From the NCBI GenBank assembly GCA_002919195.1, contig PKEU01000137.1, forward strand, positions 1,602 to 65,601: a DNA stretch of 64,000 bases, read 5' to 3'. Source of the stretch: a bacterium (lineage in GTDB: Bacteria; Bacillota; Limnochordia; DTU080; RSA5). The position numbers were made by a program, and so were the translations under genes. The notes below the pieces were generated by a model that searched no databases, was not told the DNA's origin, and worked only from the letters and a program-made list of their open reading frames with translations. Positions 1 to 9,636 of this stretch are shown piece after piece (positions within the stretch are counted from its first letter, which is position 1; each line of letters starts with the position of its first letter).

Positions 1-572
1 AGCAACGCGACGCCGATAAGGACCAGCACGGGGATGGGTATTCCAAGAAGGGCCCCGTAAAACACCGGCCGGTAGGTCGCGCGGACCCCAAAGTTGAGCG
101 ACAAGGTGCCCCCGTCCGCAAAGTAGGTTACGAGCGACCGGAAGATCCCCATGGTCCCCAGTGTCACGATGAAGGCGTCGATCTTTCCCCGAGTGGAGAC
201 CAGGCCGTTGACGAGGCCCGCCGCCATGCCGAGGAGCAGCCCCACCGCCATGCCGATGAGAATGGTGATCCAACCGGTCCCCGTGGCCGGGACGAGCCGG
301 TTCATGATAATGATCATCGACCCTGCGATCCAGGCCGCCATCGAACCGACGGAAAGGTCGATGCCGCCCGCGATGATGACGAGCGTCGCGCCGACGGCGA
401 TGATCCCGATAAACGCGGTGCGGCTCAAGACGTTGGTCAGGTTGGCGACCGAGAGGAATGTCGGATTGATGGCAGCGCCGAGAGCGATCAAGGCGATGAG
501 CGCGATCAACGGACCGAGCGCAGTCAACCGGCCCCACATCAGGTGGGCAGTTCGAGGAGTTTCCTGGGCCAT
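1..572 (-). CDS. Sugar ABC transporter permease (RbsC-like), 5' part; runs off window start
   Basis: Manual translation MAQETPRTAHLMWGRLTALGPLIALIAL...TLVIIAGGIDLSVGS (GGIDLSVG permease motif); directly downstream of the ABC ATPase; alternative GTG start at 587. Confidence 0.85.
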   Translation of the reverse strand, partial: MAQETPRTAHLMWGRLTALGPLIALIALIALGAAINPTFLSVANLTNVLSRTAFIGIIAVGATLVIIAGGIDLSVGSMAAWIAGSMIIIMNRLVPATGTGWITILIGMAVGLLLGMAAGLVNGLVSTRGKIDAFIVTLGTMGIFRSLVTYFADGGTLSLNFGVRATYRPVFYGALLGIPIPVLVLIGVAL

Positions 573-590
573 AGGTGTCGATCTCACGGT

Positions 591-2093
591 CTATGCGGCT
601 CCTTTCACTCCGGTGGCGTAGAGCATGATCTCTTCCTCCGTGATGTCGTCGCCGCTCAGGACGCCTGCGATGCGGCCGGAGCGCATCACGACGACGCGGT
701 GGCAAAGGCCGATGATCTCTTGCATCTCCGACGAAATGACGACGACGGATTTGCCAGTGGCGGCAAGGTCGTGGATAAACTGGTAAATCTGCTGCTTGGT
801 CCCCACGTCGATCCCCCGAGTAGGCTCGTCCAGCACGATCACCTGGGGATCGATGGCCATCACCTTAGCCAAGGCCAGCTTTTGCTGGTTGCCGCCGCTG
901 AGCTCGGCGACCAGCGAACGCAGGCTCGGGGCTTTGATGTCGTACTCGCCAATGGCCCGCTCCAGCTCTTGAAGCTCCTCCCTGCGCCGCAGCCAAAACC
1001 CAGCCTCTCGCACCGAGGACATCAGCGTCAGGTTGGGCGCGAGTTCCATCAAGGTGATCAGCCCTTTGCCCTTGCGGTCCTCGCTGAGATAGACCATGCC
1101 GCAGTTGATCGCGTCTTTGAGGCTGTAGATCTCGACCGGCCGACCGGCACGCTCGACGAAGCCGCCAGCCCTTGGGCGCAGGCCGAAGATCCCCTCAAAG
1201 AGCTCGGTCCGCCCGGCGCCGATCAACCCGGCAAAGCCCAAGATCTCGCCCCGGTAGAGCTCAAAGCTGCAGTGGTACGCGAACCCGGGAACCGTCACAT
1301 CGCGAACGGTTAAGACGGGTTGAACCTCGGGAGGAGGCGTCTTGGGCAAAAACATGTCTTCGAGAGAGCGGCCGACCATGCGCACCGCCATCTCATCGGC
1401 AGAGAGAGCCTCCGTGGGCTCGGTGGCGATGCGGTGGCCGTCGCGCAGGATGGTCACCCGCTGGGAGATCTCCTTAACCTCATCGAGTTTGTGGGAGATG
1501 TAGACGATGGAAACCCCGCTTTGCACGAGGCGGCGGATCACCTTGAAAAGGATTTCGACCTCGTGCGAGGTGAGGACGGCGGTCGGCTCGTCCATGATGA
1601 TAACGTCGGCTTTGCGGGAAATGGCCTTCGCGATTTCGACCATCTGCTTTTGACTCACGCTGAGGTCGCGCACGCGCGCCGTCGGGTCGATGTCGGTCTC
1701 GAGTTCGGCCAGGATTTCCCGGGAGAGCCTTCGCATTGCCCGCCGGTCGAGGAGCCATCCTTTTCGCAGTTCCCGTCCGAGAAAGATGTTTTCTTCGACC
1801 GTGAGGTCTTCGGCAAGGTTAAACTCCTGGTGGATCATCACCACGCCCTGGCGCTCGGCCTCGCTGACGCCCAGGGGCCGCCAGGGCTGCCCTTTATATG
1901 TCAACTCCCCTTGGGTCTGAGGGATGAGCCCGCACAGGATCTTGACCAAGGTCGACTTGCCGGCGCCGTTTTCGCCGATCAGCGCGTGGACCTCGCCTCG
2001 CCGCAAGGAGAAGTCGACGTCAAAGAGAACCCTGACAGGACCATAGTCTTTACAAATGCCTCTAGCCTCAAGGAGCACGTCCGAAGAGTCCAA
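591..2093 (-). CDS. Sugar ABC transporter ATP-binding protein (RbsA/MglA-type, two ABC domains)
   Basis: GENGAGKST Walker A, IIMDEPT, LSGGNQQK, LDEPTRGIDVG. Confidence 0.95.
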   Translation of the reverse strand: MDSSDVLLEARGICKDYGPVRVLFDVDFSLRRGEVHALIGENGAGKSTLVKILCGLIPQTQGELTYKGQPWRPLGVSEAERQGVVMIHQEFNLAEDLTVEENIFLGRELRKGWLLDRRAMRRLSREILAELETDIDPTARVRDLSVSQKQMVEIAKAISRKADVIIMDEPTAVLTSHEVEILFKVIRRLVQSGVSIVYISHKLDEVKEISQRVTILRDGHRIATEPTEALSADEMAVRMVGRSLEDMFLPKTPPPEVQPVLTVRDVTVPGFAYHCSFELYRGEILGFAGLIGAGRTELFEGIFGLRPRAGGFVERAGRPVEIYSLKDAINCGMVYLSEDRKGKGLITLMELAPNLTLMSSVREAGFWLRRREELQELERAIGEYDIKAPSLRSLVAELSGGNQQKLALAKVMAIDPQVIVLDEPTRGIDVGTKQQIYQFIHDLAATGKSVVVISSEMQEIIGLCHRVVVMRSGRIAGVLSGDDITEEEIMLYATGVKGAA

Positions 2094-2306
2094 CAGTTCC
2101 CCCGCCCCATGGTTTTCTGTATTTTTGAGGAGTTTTTAGACGGTAGTCATCTTTTTCCTCCTTTTGGGGTGCGCAAAGGGCACGGAGCGGCGGGGGGCTG
2201 CATAACCTGGGGCCGCTAGACGCTCGATTGAAACGCTTTGAGCCCTGCCGAAGCCTAAGGGCTGCGTTGGCGTGGCGCACGGCCGCGCCGGAAGAGGTGT
2301 TGGAAC

Positions 2307-3410
2307 TTGAACCGTGCGCGTCACTTTTTCCCTGGCAGCAATACGCCACAAGGGTTTTTCTCGTATTACGACCACATCTTGCCCCACGAAAAAGCCGAGC
2401 GGATCATCATCCTCAAGGGCGGCCCGGGCACCGGGAAATCGACACTGATGAAGCGCCTGGCCGACGACTGGGAAAGGCGCGGTCTAACGGTCGAGCATCA
2501 CCACTGCTCGGCTGATCCCGGCTCTCTGGACGCGGTGGCGCTTCCGGAGGCGGGCGTCGCCGTCGTCGACGGCACGCGGCCGCACACCATCGATCCCCGA
2601 TTTCCCGGAGCCGTCGACGAGATCGTCCACCTGGGCGAATACTGGGACGAAGAAGGCATCCGCCGCCACCGCGACGAGATCGCGGCTTTGAGCGCCCTTT
2701 CGAGCCAGGCCTACCAGCGGGCTTACCGGTACCTGGCCGCCTCCCGCCTCGTCTACGAAGAGGTGGTGGCCATCCATTCCCGGGCCTTGGACCTGGGCCG
2801 CCTCAACCAGATGGCGCAAGCGCTCATCGCCCGGTGCCTCTCGACGCGGCCCGCCGCGGCAGTACCCGGCCCCGTCCGGCGACTCTTTGCCAGCGCGATC
2901 ACGCCCCGCGGGCACGTCCACTTCGTCGACCGCCTGGCCGCCGGTGCGAGCCGCGTGGTCGTGATCCAAGGTCCGCCGGGCACGGGGAAGTCCACCCTCG
3001 TCGAAAAGCTCGCGCAAGAAGCGAGTCGTCAGGGGATCGCTGTCGAGTGCTTTCACTCCCCGTACGATCCCGTCCGGGTCGACCACCTCGTGGCGCCTGA
3101 GCTCGACCTCGCCGTCATCACTTCCGCTCCTCCCTACCTTTGGGCGGGAAGCGCTGAAGAGGTGGTCGACACGCGCGAAGCGCTCTTGGAAGAAAGGCTG
3201 CAGCCCCACCGGGAGGAACTGAAAGAGGCGGAGCAACAGGCGCTCCGCCTCCTGGAGATAGCGATCCGCTCGCTCGCGCAGGCCAAGGCGTACCACGACC
3301 AGCTCGAGCAATACTACGTACCCCACATGGATTTTCCCGCCATGGAAGAACTCTACCAGCGGTTGCGGCGCAAGCTGGAGGCGCACCTCGACAGGCTCGT
3401 CACGCCGTAG
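2307..3410 (+). CDS. PRK06851-like protein with two P-loop domains
   Basis: FPGSNTPQGF N-terminus, GGPGTGKST and GPPGTGKST, HCSADPGSLD. Confidence 0.8.
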   Translation: MNRARHFFPGSNTPQGFFSYYDHILPHEKAERIIILKGGPGTGKSTLMKRLADDWERRGLTVEHHHCSADPGSLDAVALPEAGVAVVDGTRPHTIDPRFPGAVDEIVHLGEYWDEEGIRRHRDEIAALSALSSQAYQRAYRYLAASRLVYEEVVAIHSRALDLGRLNQMAQALIARCLSTRPAAAVPGPVRRLFASAITPRGHVHFVDRLAAGASRVVVIQGPPGTGKSTLVEKLAQEASRQGIAVECFHSPYDPVRVDHLVAPELDLAVITSAPPYLWAGSAEEVVDTREALLEERLQPHREELKEAEQQALRLLEIAIRSLAQAKAYHDQLEQYYVPHMDFPAMEELYQRLRRKLEAHLDRLVTP

Positions 3411-4206
3411 CCTCAGGCGGCGTGTAGACCACGGTGCTGTTGCGCGGGATGATGAGCCGCTCCGGCCGGTCGCTGGGGAACGCTGCCGACCATTCGTGAG
3501 GATCGTAGTTGCGCTTGACAAAGCAGTCGTAGTGAGCGGGCACGGCCGTGACGAGCCCGATCTTGGTGGCCATAGCCACGGAGCCGTCGAAAAACGGGAA
3601 CTCGCCTTCCGTCGGGTGAGTCGTCAAAAAGCCGATGTGAGGTTTGAGCTCCGCGATGGGCCGGATAAGATCGTCCCGCTCGGCGAAGGTGTTGATGGGA
3701 TCTCCCGAGACGTACACCCGCACGCCGCCCGCGTCGATCACGTAACCCAGGTGGGTGACGTCCGGAGGCGCGATGCCTCGTTCCGGGTCCCCTTCCGGGG
3801 GTTTGGCGTACACCGCGGCGACCTGGAGCCCGTCCAGCTCCAGCCGGTCGCCTGCGCGTACCGTGATCGTCCTCTCTTGGGGGATCCCCGCCTCCACCAT
3901 CGCTTGCACGCTTTCGACGGGCCCGGCAAAGCGCGCCTTGGGCCAGGCGTCGCGAATCCGGAGCAAGGACTCGATGCAGGTGTGGTCGCTGTGGTTGTGG
4001 GTGAGCAGCACCCAGTCGGTCCGCACCTCCGCCTCGTCCACCGGCGGCTCGGCATGAATGTATTTCTCGGGCGGCCGCTGGCGGGGAAAGTACGGGTCGA
4101 TCATCACGATGGTCCCCTTCGCGTCTTTGAGCGCGTAGGAACTCTGCTCAAACCAGTGAATCGCGACGGAACCCGGGTTGACCGTCGCGGCTTCGATGGC
4201 GTGCAT
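3400..4206 (-). CDS. MBL-fold metallohydrolase (UlaG-like)
   Basis: IDPY, THNHSDH metal motif, YVSGD, PAHYD; GAGGAGG SD favours ATG at 4206 (ORF extends to 4215). Confidence 0.85.
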   Translation of the reverse strand: MHAIEAATVNPGSVAIHWFEQSSYALKDAKGTIVMIDPYFPRQRPPEKYIHAEPPVDEAEVRTDWVLLTHNHSDHTCIESLLRIRDAWPKARFAGPVESVQAMVEAGIPQERTITVRAGDRLELDGLQVAAVYAKPPEGDPERGIAPPDVTHLGYVIDAGGVRVYVSGDPINTFAERDDLIRPIAELKPHIGFLTTHPTEGEFPFFDGSVAMATKIGLVTAVPAHYDCFVKRNYDPHEWSAAFPSDRPERLIIPRNSTVVYTPPEATA

Positions 4207-4242
4207 CGGCATCATCCTCCTCGACGTTGATCTGCTGCCGGC

Positions 4243-5622
4243 TCAAGACTTTAGACCGTCACGGGCAGCCTCCTGCCAAAAGAGCGCGACCGCCTCCCGG
4301 GCGACGCGGAAGGTCTCGACGCTGAAGCGCTCGTTAGGCGCGTGGGCATTGCTGTCAGGGTCGGCAAAGCCCATGAGGACGCACGGGACGCGAAGGAGCC
4401 GGTCGAAGCTTTCGACCACAGGGATCGAGCCCCCCGTGGGCGCGAGGGCCACGTCCTTTCCAAAGGTCCTTTGCAGGGCCCGGATCGCGGCCTGGAGAGC
4501 CGGGTGCTCGAGGTCGGCCTTCCAAGGCCGGGCACCATGCCCCGGCGTCACTTCGACGCGGGCGTAGGGCGGGCAAAGGCGCTGGAAGTGGGCGGTCAAG
4601 AGGCGGACCACCTCCTCGGGGTCTTGGCCGGCCACCAAGCGGCACGTGATCTTCGCGTGGGCCTCGCGGGGGATCACGGTCTTGGACCCCTCGCCCAAAA
4701 AGCCGCCCCACATGCCGTTGACCTCAAAGGTGGGCCGGACGGTCATCCGCTCAAAAGGCGTGTAGCCCGGCTCCCCGTCCCACCCGCCGAGCTCGAGCCG
4801 CTCAAGGAGCTCCTTTTCATTAAACGGCAGAGCGGCGTAGGCTTGCCGTTCCCGGGGCGTCGGCTCGATCACCCGGTCGTAAAAGCCGGGCACTGCGACG
4901 CGCCCCTGATCGTCCTTGCTCGCCGCGATCAACTGGGCCAGGACCTGCAGCGCATTGGGTGCAGCCCCGCCGTAGAGCCCTGAGTGGAGATCGGTCGCCG
5001 CCGTCGTCACGTGAAGCTCCACCGCGGCGATCCCCCTCAGCCCGGTGCACAAGGTGGGAAGGCCCGGTGCAAACATCGATGTGTCGGAGATAACGACAAA
5101 ATCGGCCGAAACCAAGTCGGGCCGCTCCTGCAAGAACGGCTCGAGGCTGGGCGAGCCCACCTCCTCTTCCCCTTCGATCAACACCCGCACGTTGACGGGA
5201 AGTTCCCCGTAGCAAGCGAGCAGCGCTCCCAAGGCGGCAAGATGCACCATCACCTGCCCCTTGTCGTCGCTAGCTCCCCGCGCGTAGATCCGCCCCTGCC
5301 GGACCTCGGGTTCGAAAGGCGGCGACTCCCAAAGATCGAGCGGGTCGACAGGCTGGACGTCGTAGTGGCCGTAGATCAGCGCCGTAGGCTTGTTGGCGTC
5401 TCGAATCCAATCGGCGTAGACAATCGGATGCCCAGGTGTCTCGATGACTTGGACATTTTCCAATCCCACCCGGCGCATGGCCGCGGCCAGCCACTCCGCC
5501 GCCCGGTGCATGTCCGCCCGGTGCTCCCTCAACGCACTGACGCTCGGGATGCGAAGAAACTCGATGAGGTCCGAAAGATCTTGCTCAAAGCGAGAGGCGA
5601 GTTGCTCTTGGAGTGAAGACAT
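4243..5622 (-). CDS. M20-family dipeptidase (ArgE/DapE-like)
   Basis: YGHYDVQP, ARGASDDKG, EGEEEVGS, DLHSG, HAPNE. Confidence 0.93.
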   Translation of the reverse strand: MSSLQEQLASRFEQDLSDLIEFLRIPSVSALREHRADMHRAAEWLAAAMRRVGLENVQVIETPGHPIVYADWIRDANKPTALIYGHYDVQPVDPLDLWESPPFEPEVRQGRIYARGASDDKGQVMVHLAALGALLACYGELPVNVRVLIEGEEEVGSPSLEPFLQERPDLVSADFVVISDTSMFAPGLPTLCTGLRGIAAVELHVTTAATDLHSGLYGGAAPNALQVLAQLIAASKDDQGRVAVPGFYDRVIEPTPRERQAYAALPFNEKELLERLELGGWDGEPGYTPFERMTVRPTFEVNGMWGGFLGEGSKTVIPREAHAKITCRLVAGQDPEEVVRLLTAHFQRLCPPYARVEVTPGHGARPWKADLEHPALQAAIRALQRTFGKDVALAPTGGSIPVVESFDRLLRVPCVLMGFADPDSNAHAPNERFSVETFRVAREAVALFWQEAARDGLKS

Positions 5623-5782
5623 CGGTCTACCTGCCTTCCATCTCAGCGTCTTTCCACCGTTTCACCGATGACAAGCACGACGGCAACCTTAGGTGCTTAT
5701 TCCCGCTCAGCAGGGAGAGGCCTGCCGGCGTGTAATGTGAGGGATAATGCGATCGATCAACCTGGGAAAGGGACTTGTGTCG

Positions 5783-6448
5783 ATGCCATTTCTTGGAATC
5801 GTCTTCGACTTCGACGGGACCATCGTCGACACCGAGCGAGTGATCTACGATTGCTGGCGTGAAGTGTTTCGCAAATACGGGCACGATCTCCCTCTCGAGG
5901 CGTGGGTCCAATACGTCGGGGCGGCGACCGGCGCCATCGATCCATACCAGATGCTGGAAGTGAAGCTAGGAAGGCCGGTCGATCGCGTCGAGGTCGACGT
6001 TTACCGGCGCCCCTTGGAAAAAGAGATGCTGGCCAAGGAACCGATGCGCCCCGGCGTTTCCGAGCTGATTGAGGACGCGAGGCGGAAGGGTTTGAGGCTC
6101 GCTGTGGCCTCTAATTCCCAGGAACCGTGGGTGACCCGGGGGCTTGAGGCGCTGGGCATCGCCCATCACTTTGAAGCGGTGTGTACCCCCGACGACGGGG
6201 TCGATCCCAAACCCTCCCCCGCCCTGTACCTTTTGGCTGTCGAACGGCTTGGCATCCCGCCCGGCCGCGCCCTGGCCATCGAGGATTCTCCCCTAGGCGC
6301 CCAGTCCGCCGTGGCGGCCGGCCTCGCTTGTGTTGTGGTCCCCAGCGCGCTGACGAAGCACGAGAGCTTCCCGCCGCAGTGCGTGGTTTTGGATACCCTC
6401 GAGGGTCTTGACATCGACCAGCTGGTCGACCTGGGACAGAGGTCATGA
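5783..6448 (+). CDS. HAD-family hydrolase/phosphatase
   Basis: FDFDGTIVDTE motif I, KPSPALY, IEDS motif IV. Confidence 0.9.
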   Translation: MPFLGIVFDFDGTIVDTERVIYDCWREVFRKYGHDLPLEAWVQYVGAATGAIDPYQMLEVKLGRPVDRVEVDVYRRPLEKEMLAKEPMRPGVSELIEDARRKGLRLAVASNSQEPWVTRGLEALGIAHHFEAVCTPDDGVDPKPSPALYLLAVERLGIPPGRALAIEDSPLGAQSAVAAGLACVVVPSALTKHESFPPQCVVLDTLEGLDIDQLVDLGQRS

Positions 6449-6494
6449 TGTCATAGGCCTCCCACCAATTCACCGGCAAAGGAGCGATGCTGCC

Positions 6495-7982
6495 GTGCAA
6501 CTGACTACCGTGCACCAAAGCATTACGGACGTCGCCGCCGACGCGATCGTCGTCAACCTCTTTGAAGGCGTCACGCATCCAGGCGGCGCGACCGGCGCTG
6601 TCGACAGAGTCACCGGAGGCTTGATCCGCAAGCTGATCGAGAGCGGCGGCTTCAAAGGGAAAAAGGGCGAGTGCGCAACGCTCCATTTCCCCCCGGGCCT
6701 CTCCCAGCGAAGCGTCATCATCGTCGGTCTAGGTCCAGCCAATGACTTTTCCCTCGACCGGGTGCGGGAAGTGACCGCGGCTTCCCTCAAGGAAGCGGCC
6801 CGCATCGGCGCCCGCCGCGTGGCCACCATCGTCCACGGCGCGGGGATCGGAGGTCTTGAGACGGGCGCTGCCGCCCAGGCGGTGGCCGAAGGGGCTTTGC
6901 TTGGGACCTACCGGTATACCCGGTTTAAACAGGAGCCCGACGAAAAACGCGTCGAAGAGCTGATCATCGCCGAGATGGCCGCGGAAAAGATCGAAGCCGT
7001 TCGCCAAGGCGTCGCCAAGGGGAGAATCCTCGCGGAGAGCACAAATTTCGCGCGGGACCTCGTCAACACCCCCAGCAACCACTTGACGCCGGCGATGCTC
7101 GCGGAGGCTGCCGCCGAAATGGCCCGGGAGGTCGGACTCTCCTGCACGGTCATCGAGCGGGAGGAGATGGAGCGGCTGGGCATGGGCGCGCTGCTGGGCG
7201 TGGCCAAGGGCAGCGCTGAGCCTCCCAAGCTCATCGTCCTCCGAAATGAAAAAAGGAGCGGCGGCCCCTTGACCGCCCTCGTCGGCAAAGGCGTCACCTT
7301 TGACACCGGGGGGATCTCCCTCAAACCCGCCCAGGGGATGGAAGAGATGAAGAGCGACATGGCCGGCGCCGCTGCGGTGCTCGGGGCCCTGCGCGCCATC
7401 GCGCAGCTGAAACCGGAGGCCGACGTCATGGGCGTGATCCCCGCGGTGGAAAACATGCCGTCGGGCACGGCGCTCAAGCCGGGCGACATCGTCAGGGCCA
7501 TGACGGGCAAGACCATCGAGGTTGACAACACCGACGCCGAAGGCCGGCTGATCTTGGCGGACGCCGTCGCCTATGCCGCCTCGCAGGGCGCCGAGAGGAT
7601 TGTCGACGTCGCCACCTTGACCGGGGCGTGCGTGGTGGCCCTAGGACGGGTGTACACGGGTCTTGTGGCCAACGACGATCAGCTGGTGGCCGAGCTGCTC
7701 GAGGCGGCCCAAGAGGCGGGCGAGAAGTTGTGGCGCCTGCCCGCCGATCCCGACTACAAAGAGCAGTATAAGAGCGACGTGGCTGATATGAAAAACACCG
7801 GCGGCCGGGAGGCGGGCGCCATCACCGGCGCTTTGATCATCGGTGAGTTTGTCGGCACGGCCAAGTGGGCCCACCTCGACATCGCCGGCACGAGCTTCTC
7901 CCGCTCCGAGAAGGGGTACCACCCCAAAGGCGCGACGGGCGTGGCCGTCCGCACACTGGCTCAGTGGGTGGCCGGAAACTAA
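6495..7982 (+). CDS. pepA: Leucyl aminopeptidase (M17)
   Basis: GKGVTFDTGG, MKSDMAG, NTDAEGRL signature; AAAGGAG SD before GTG at 6495. Confidence 0.95.
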   Translation: MQLTTVHQSITDVAADAIVVNLFEGVTHPGGATGAVDRVTGGLIRKLIESGGFKGKKGECATLHFPPGLSQRSVIIVGLGPANDFSLDRVREVTAASLKEAARIGARRVATIVHGAGIGGLETGAAAQAVAEGALLGTYRYTRFKQEPDEKRVEELIIAEMAAEKIEAVRQGVAKGRILAESTNFARDLVNTPSNHLTPAMLAEAAAEMAREVGLSCTVIEREEMERLGMGALLGVAKGSAEPPKLIVLRNEKRSGGPLTALVGKGVTFDTGGISLKPAQGMEEMKSDMAGAAAVLGALRAIAQLKPEADVMGVIPAVENMPSGTALKPGDIVRAMTGKTIEVDNTDAEGRLILADAVAYAASQGAERIVDVATLTGACVVALGRVYTGLVANDDQLVAELLEAAQEAGEKLWRLPADPDYKEQYKSDVADMKNTGGREAGAITGALIIGEFVGTAKWAHLDIAGTSFSRSEKGYHPKGATGVAVRTLAQWVAGN

Positions 7983-8009
7983 CGTACGGGCGGCACGGCT
8001 GAGATAGAG

Positions 8010-8037
8010 AACAAACGAGGGGGCGTTTTGCCCCCTC
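8010..8037 (-). terminator. Intrinsic terminator-like hairpin between convergent genes
   Basis: GAGGGGGC/GCCCCCTC 8-bp stem (8017-8024/8030-8037), followed on the minus strand by GTTTGTT. Confidence 0.6.
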
Positions 8038-8043
8038 CCCAGC

Positions 8044-8889
8044 TCACGCCAACCCCGCGGCCGTCCAGACTTTCTCGACGGCCGCGGCGGTCACGCGCAC
8101 AGCTTCCTCCGGCGGGAGCGTGTAGAGCCGCGCGCTAAAGGGCTCAGGCGTCACCGGGCCGTCATACCCGATCTCCCGCAGCGATTGCAAAAAGACCGTG
8201 ATGGGGATCACGCCCGTCTCGCCCGGCAGGCAGCGGACGTTGTCTATTTGCTCATCGACGGGGATGCCCTCCGGTGCGTCGTTGATATGCACATCGACGA
8301 CGTCCTGCTTTCTCAAGGCTTTGAGCTGATTTTCGTCGCCCCCTGACGTGTACCAGTGCCAGGCGTCAAGGAGCAGGCCCACGTTGCCCGTGCCGATGGC
8401 TTCGCAAAGCTCGAGCATCCCCTCGAGGGTGTGGATGAACTCGTAAGGTTTCCCGTGCCGGAGCGTCTTAGGCCCCAAAAACTCCAGCCCCAGGGCGATG
8501 CCTTGGTCAGCGAGGATCTGCGCGGCCGGCCGCAAACGGTCCCGGTGAAACTGGAAGTTCTCTTTGAAATCCAAAGTCTCGCTCCACGACAAGATGTAGG
8601 TCGAGCAGCGGGTGCATCCGGTTTGCCGCGCCGCCTTGGCCTTCTCCTCCAATTGGTTTAAACTCTCTTGATACTCTTTCTCTCCCTCTCGAAACGCGAC
8701 GGGAAGGCCAAAAGACCCGGGTCTCAGCCCCAGCTGGTCGAGGAGGTCTCGTGCCTTTTGGGGTCCCTCTTTGACGACAAAATCCAGGTCGAGTTGAATT
8801 CCTTGAAACCCGTGGGCCGCGGCGAGCCGCGCTGCTTCGGAAAAGGGCACGCCGACGCCGATCGCGCCCGGGCTCAAACACGTGTACAT
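8044..8889 (-). CDS. Sugar phosphate isomerase/epimerase (AP endonuclease 2 / TIM barrel)
   Basis: GLEFLGP, LLLDAWHW, VHINDA, LPGETGVI, YDGPVTPEPF; SD AAGGGGAG before ATG at 8889. Confidence 0.85.
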   Translation of the reverse strand: MYTCLSPGAIGVGVPFSEAARLAAAHGFQGIQLDLDFVVKEGPQKARDLLDQLGLRPGSFGLPVAFREGEKEYQESLNQLEEKAKAARQTGCTRCSTYILSWSETLDFKENFQFHRDRLRPAAQILADQGIALGLEFLGPKTLRHGKPYEFIHTLEGMLELCEAIGTGNVGLLLDAWHWYTSGGDENQLKALRKQDVVDVHINDAPEGIPVDEQIDNVRCLPGETGVIPITVFLQSLREIGYDGPVTPEPFSARLYTLPPEEAVRVTAAAVEKVWTAAGLA

Positions 8890-8928
8890 GCCGTTCTCCC
8901 CTTCCTTGGCGATGGCTCCCACCGTTCG

Positions 8929-8954
8929 ATTCTTCCCGCCGCCAGGGATTTCCT
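8929..8954 (-). promoter_or_regulatory. sigmaH-like promoter
   Basis: AGGA-N18-GAAT (AGGAAAT...AAGAAT) upstream of the gene starting at 8889. Confidence 0.45.
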
Positions 8955-9063
8955 CGCGGGAGGGGCCTCAGCTCGATTTTCCCCGGAGGATCTTCCCAAC
9001 ACGGCAGGAGTGTAACGGGCTGCGAGAGAAACATCGGGGCACATTGGTGAAACGGGGTGTCCT

Positions 9064-9636
9064 ATGCGCCTGCTTTGGCTCGGACTTCCGTTGGTTATCG
9101 TGGGCTCCATCGTCTTGCCGGCGATGGTGGGAGGAGCCTACAGTCCCACTCGCTCCCGCGCCGTCAGAAAGATGCTGGAGCACGCCCGTATCCAGCCGGG
9201 AGACGTCCTGGTCGACCTGGGCGCGGGCGACGGCCGGATCCTCCTCCACGCGGCGCGGCAGTACCGGATCCCCGTCGTCGGCATTGAAATCGACCCGTTG
9301 CGCTGGTGTTACTGCCGGCTGCGTTTGAGCTTGAGCGGCGTCCGCCATCTGGCGACGGTCCGGCTCGCCAACTTCTTTGACGTCGACCTCTCCTTTGCGA
9401 CGGTCGTCACTTTCTATCTCTCGCAGGCGGCCGCCGACAAACTCAAGGCCAAGTTTGAGGCTGAGCTTCCCGACGGCGCCCGGGTCGTCTCTTACCGCCG
9501 CCCGATCCGGGGATGGATCCCAACGCTCCACGACCCGGAGGACGACGTGTATGTCTACACCATCACCCGGACGAGCCGGGGAGGCTCGTCGGGGGACGAC
9601 CGGCCCGGGCCTTCCCCAGGGGAGGAGTCGCGCTGA
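9064..9636 (+). CDS. Class I SAM-dependent methyltransferase with N-terminal hydrophobic helix
   Basis: LVDLGAGDGR, GIEID, ATVVTFYL. Confidence 0.88.
   Translation: MRLLWLGLPLVIVGSIVLPAMVGGAYSPTRSRAVRKMLEHARIQPGDVLVDLGAGDGRILLHAARQYRIPVVGIEIDPLRWCYCRLRLSLSGVRHLATVRLANFFDVDLSFATVVTFYLSQAAADKLKAKFEAELPDGARVVSYRRPIRGWIPTLHDPEDDVYVYTITRTSRGGSSGDDRPGPSPGEESR

Noticed and set aside
2228-2241. TTGAAACGCTTTGA, a cre/LacI-like site upstream of the sugar ABC genes
   Set aside because: Several mismatches to the cre consensus and no mapped promoter; too weak to call.
8922-8944. GTTCGATTC...CCGCCA resembling a tRNA 3' end
   Set aside because: No T-stem or acceptor-stem pairing and no cloverleaf; better explained as the reverse complement of a sigmaH-like promoter. 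No tRNA-Sec is seen in the window.
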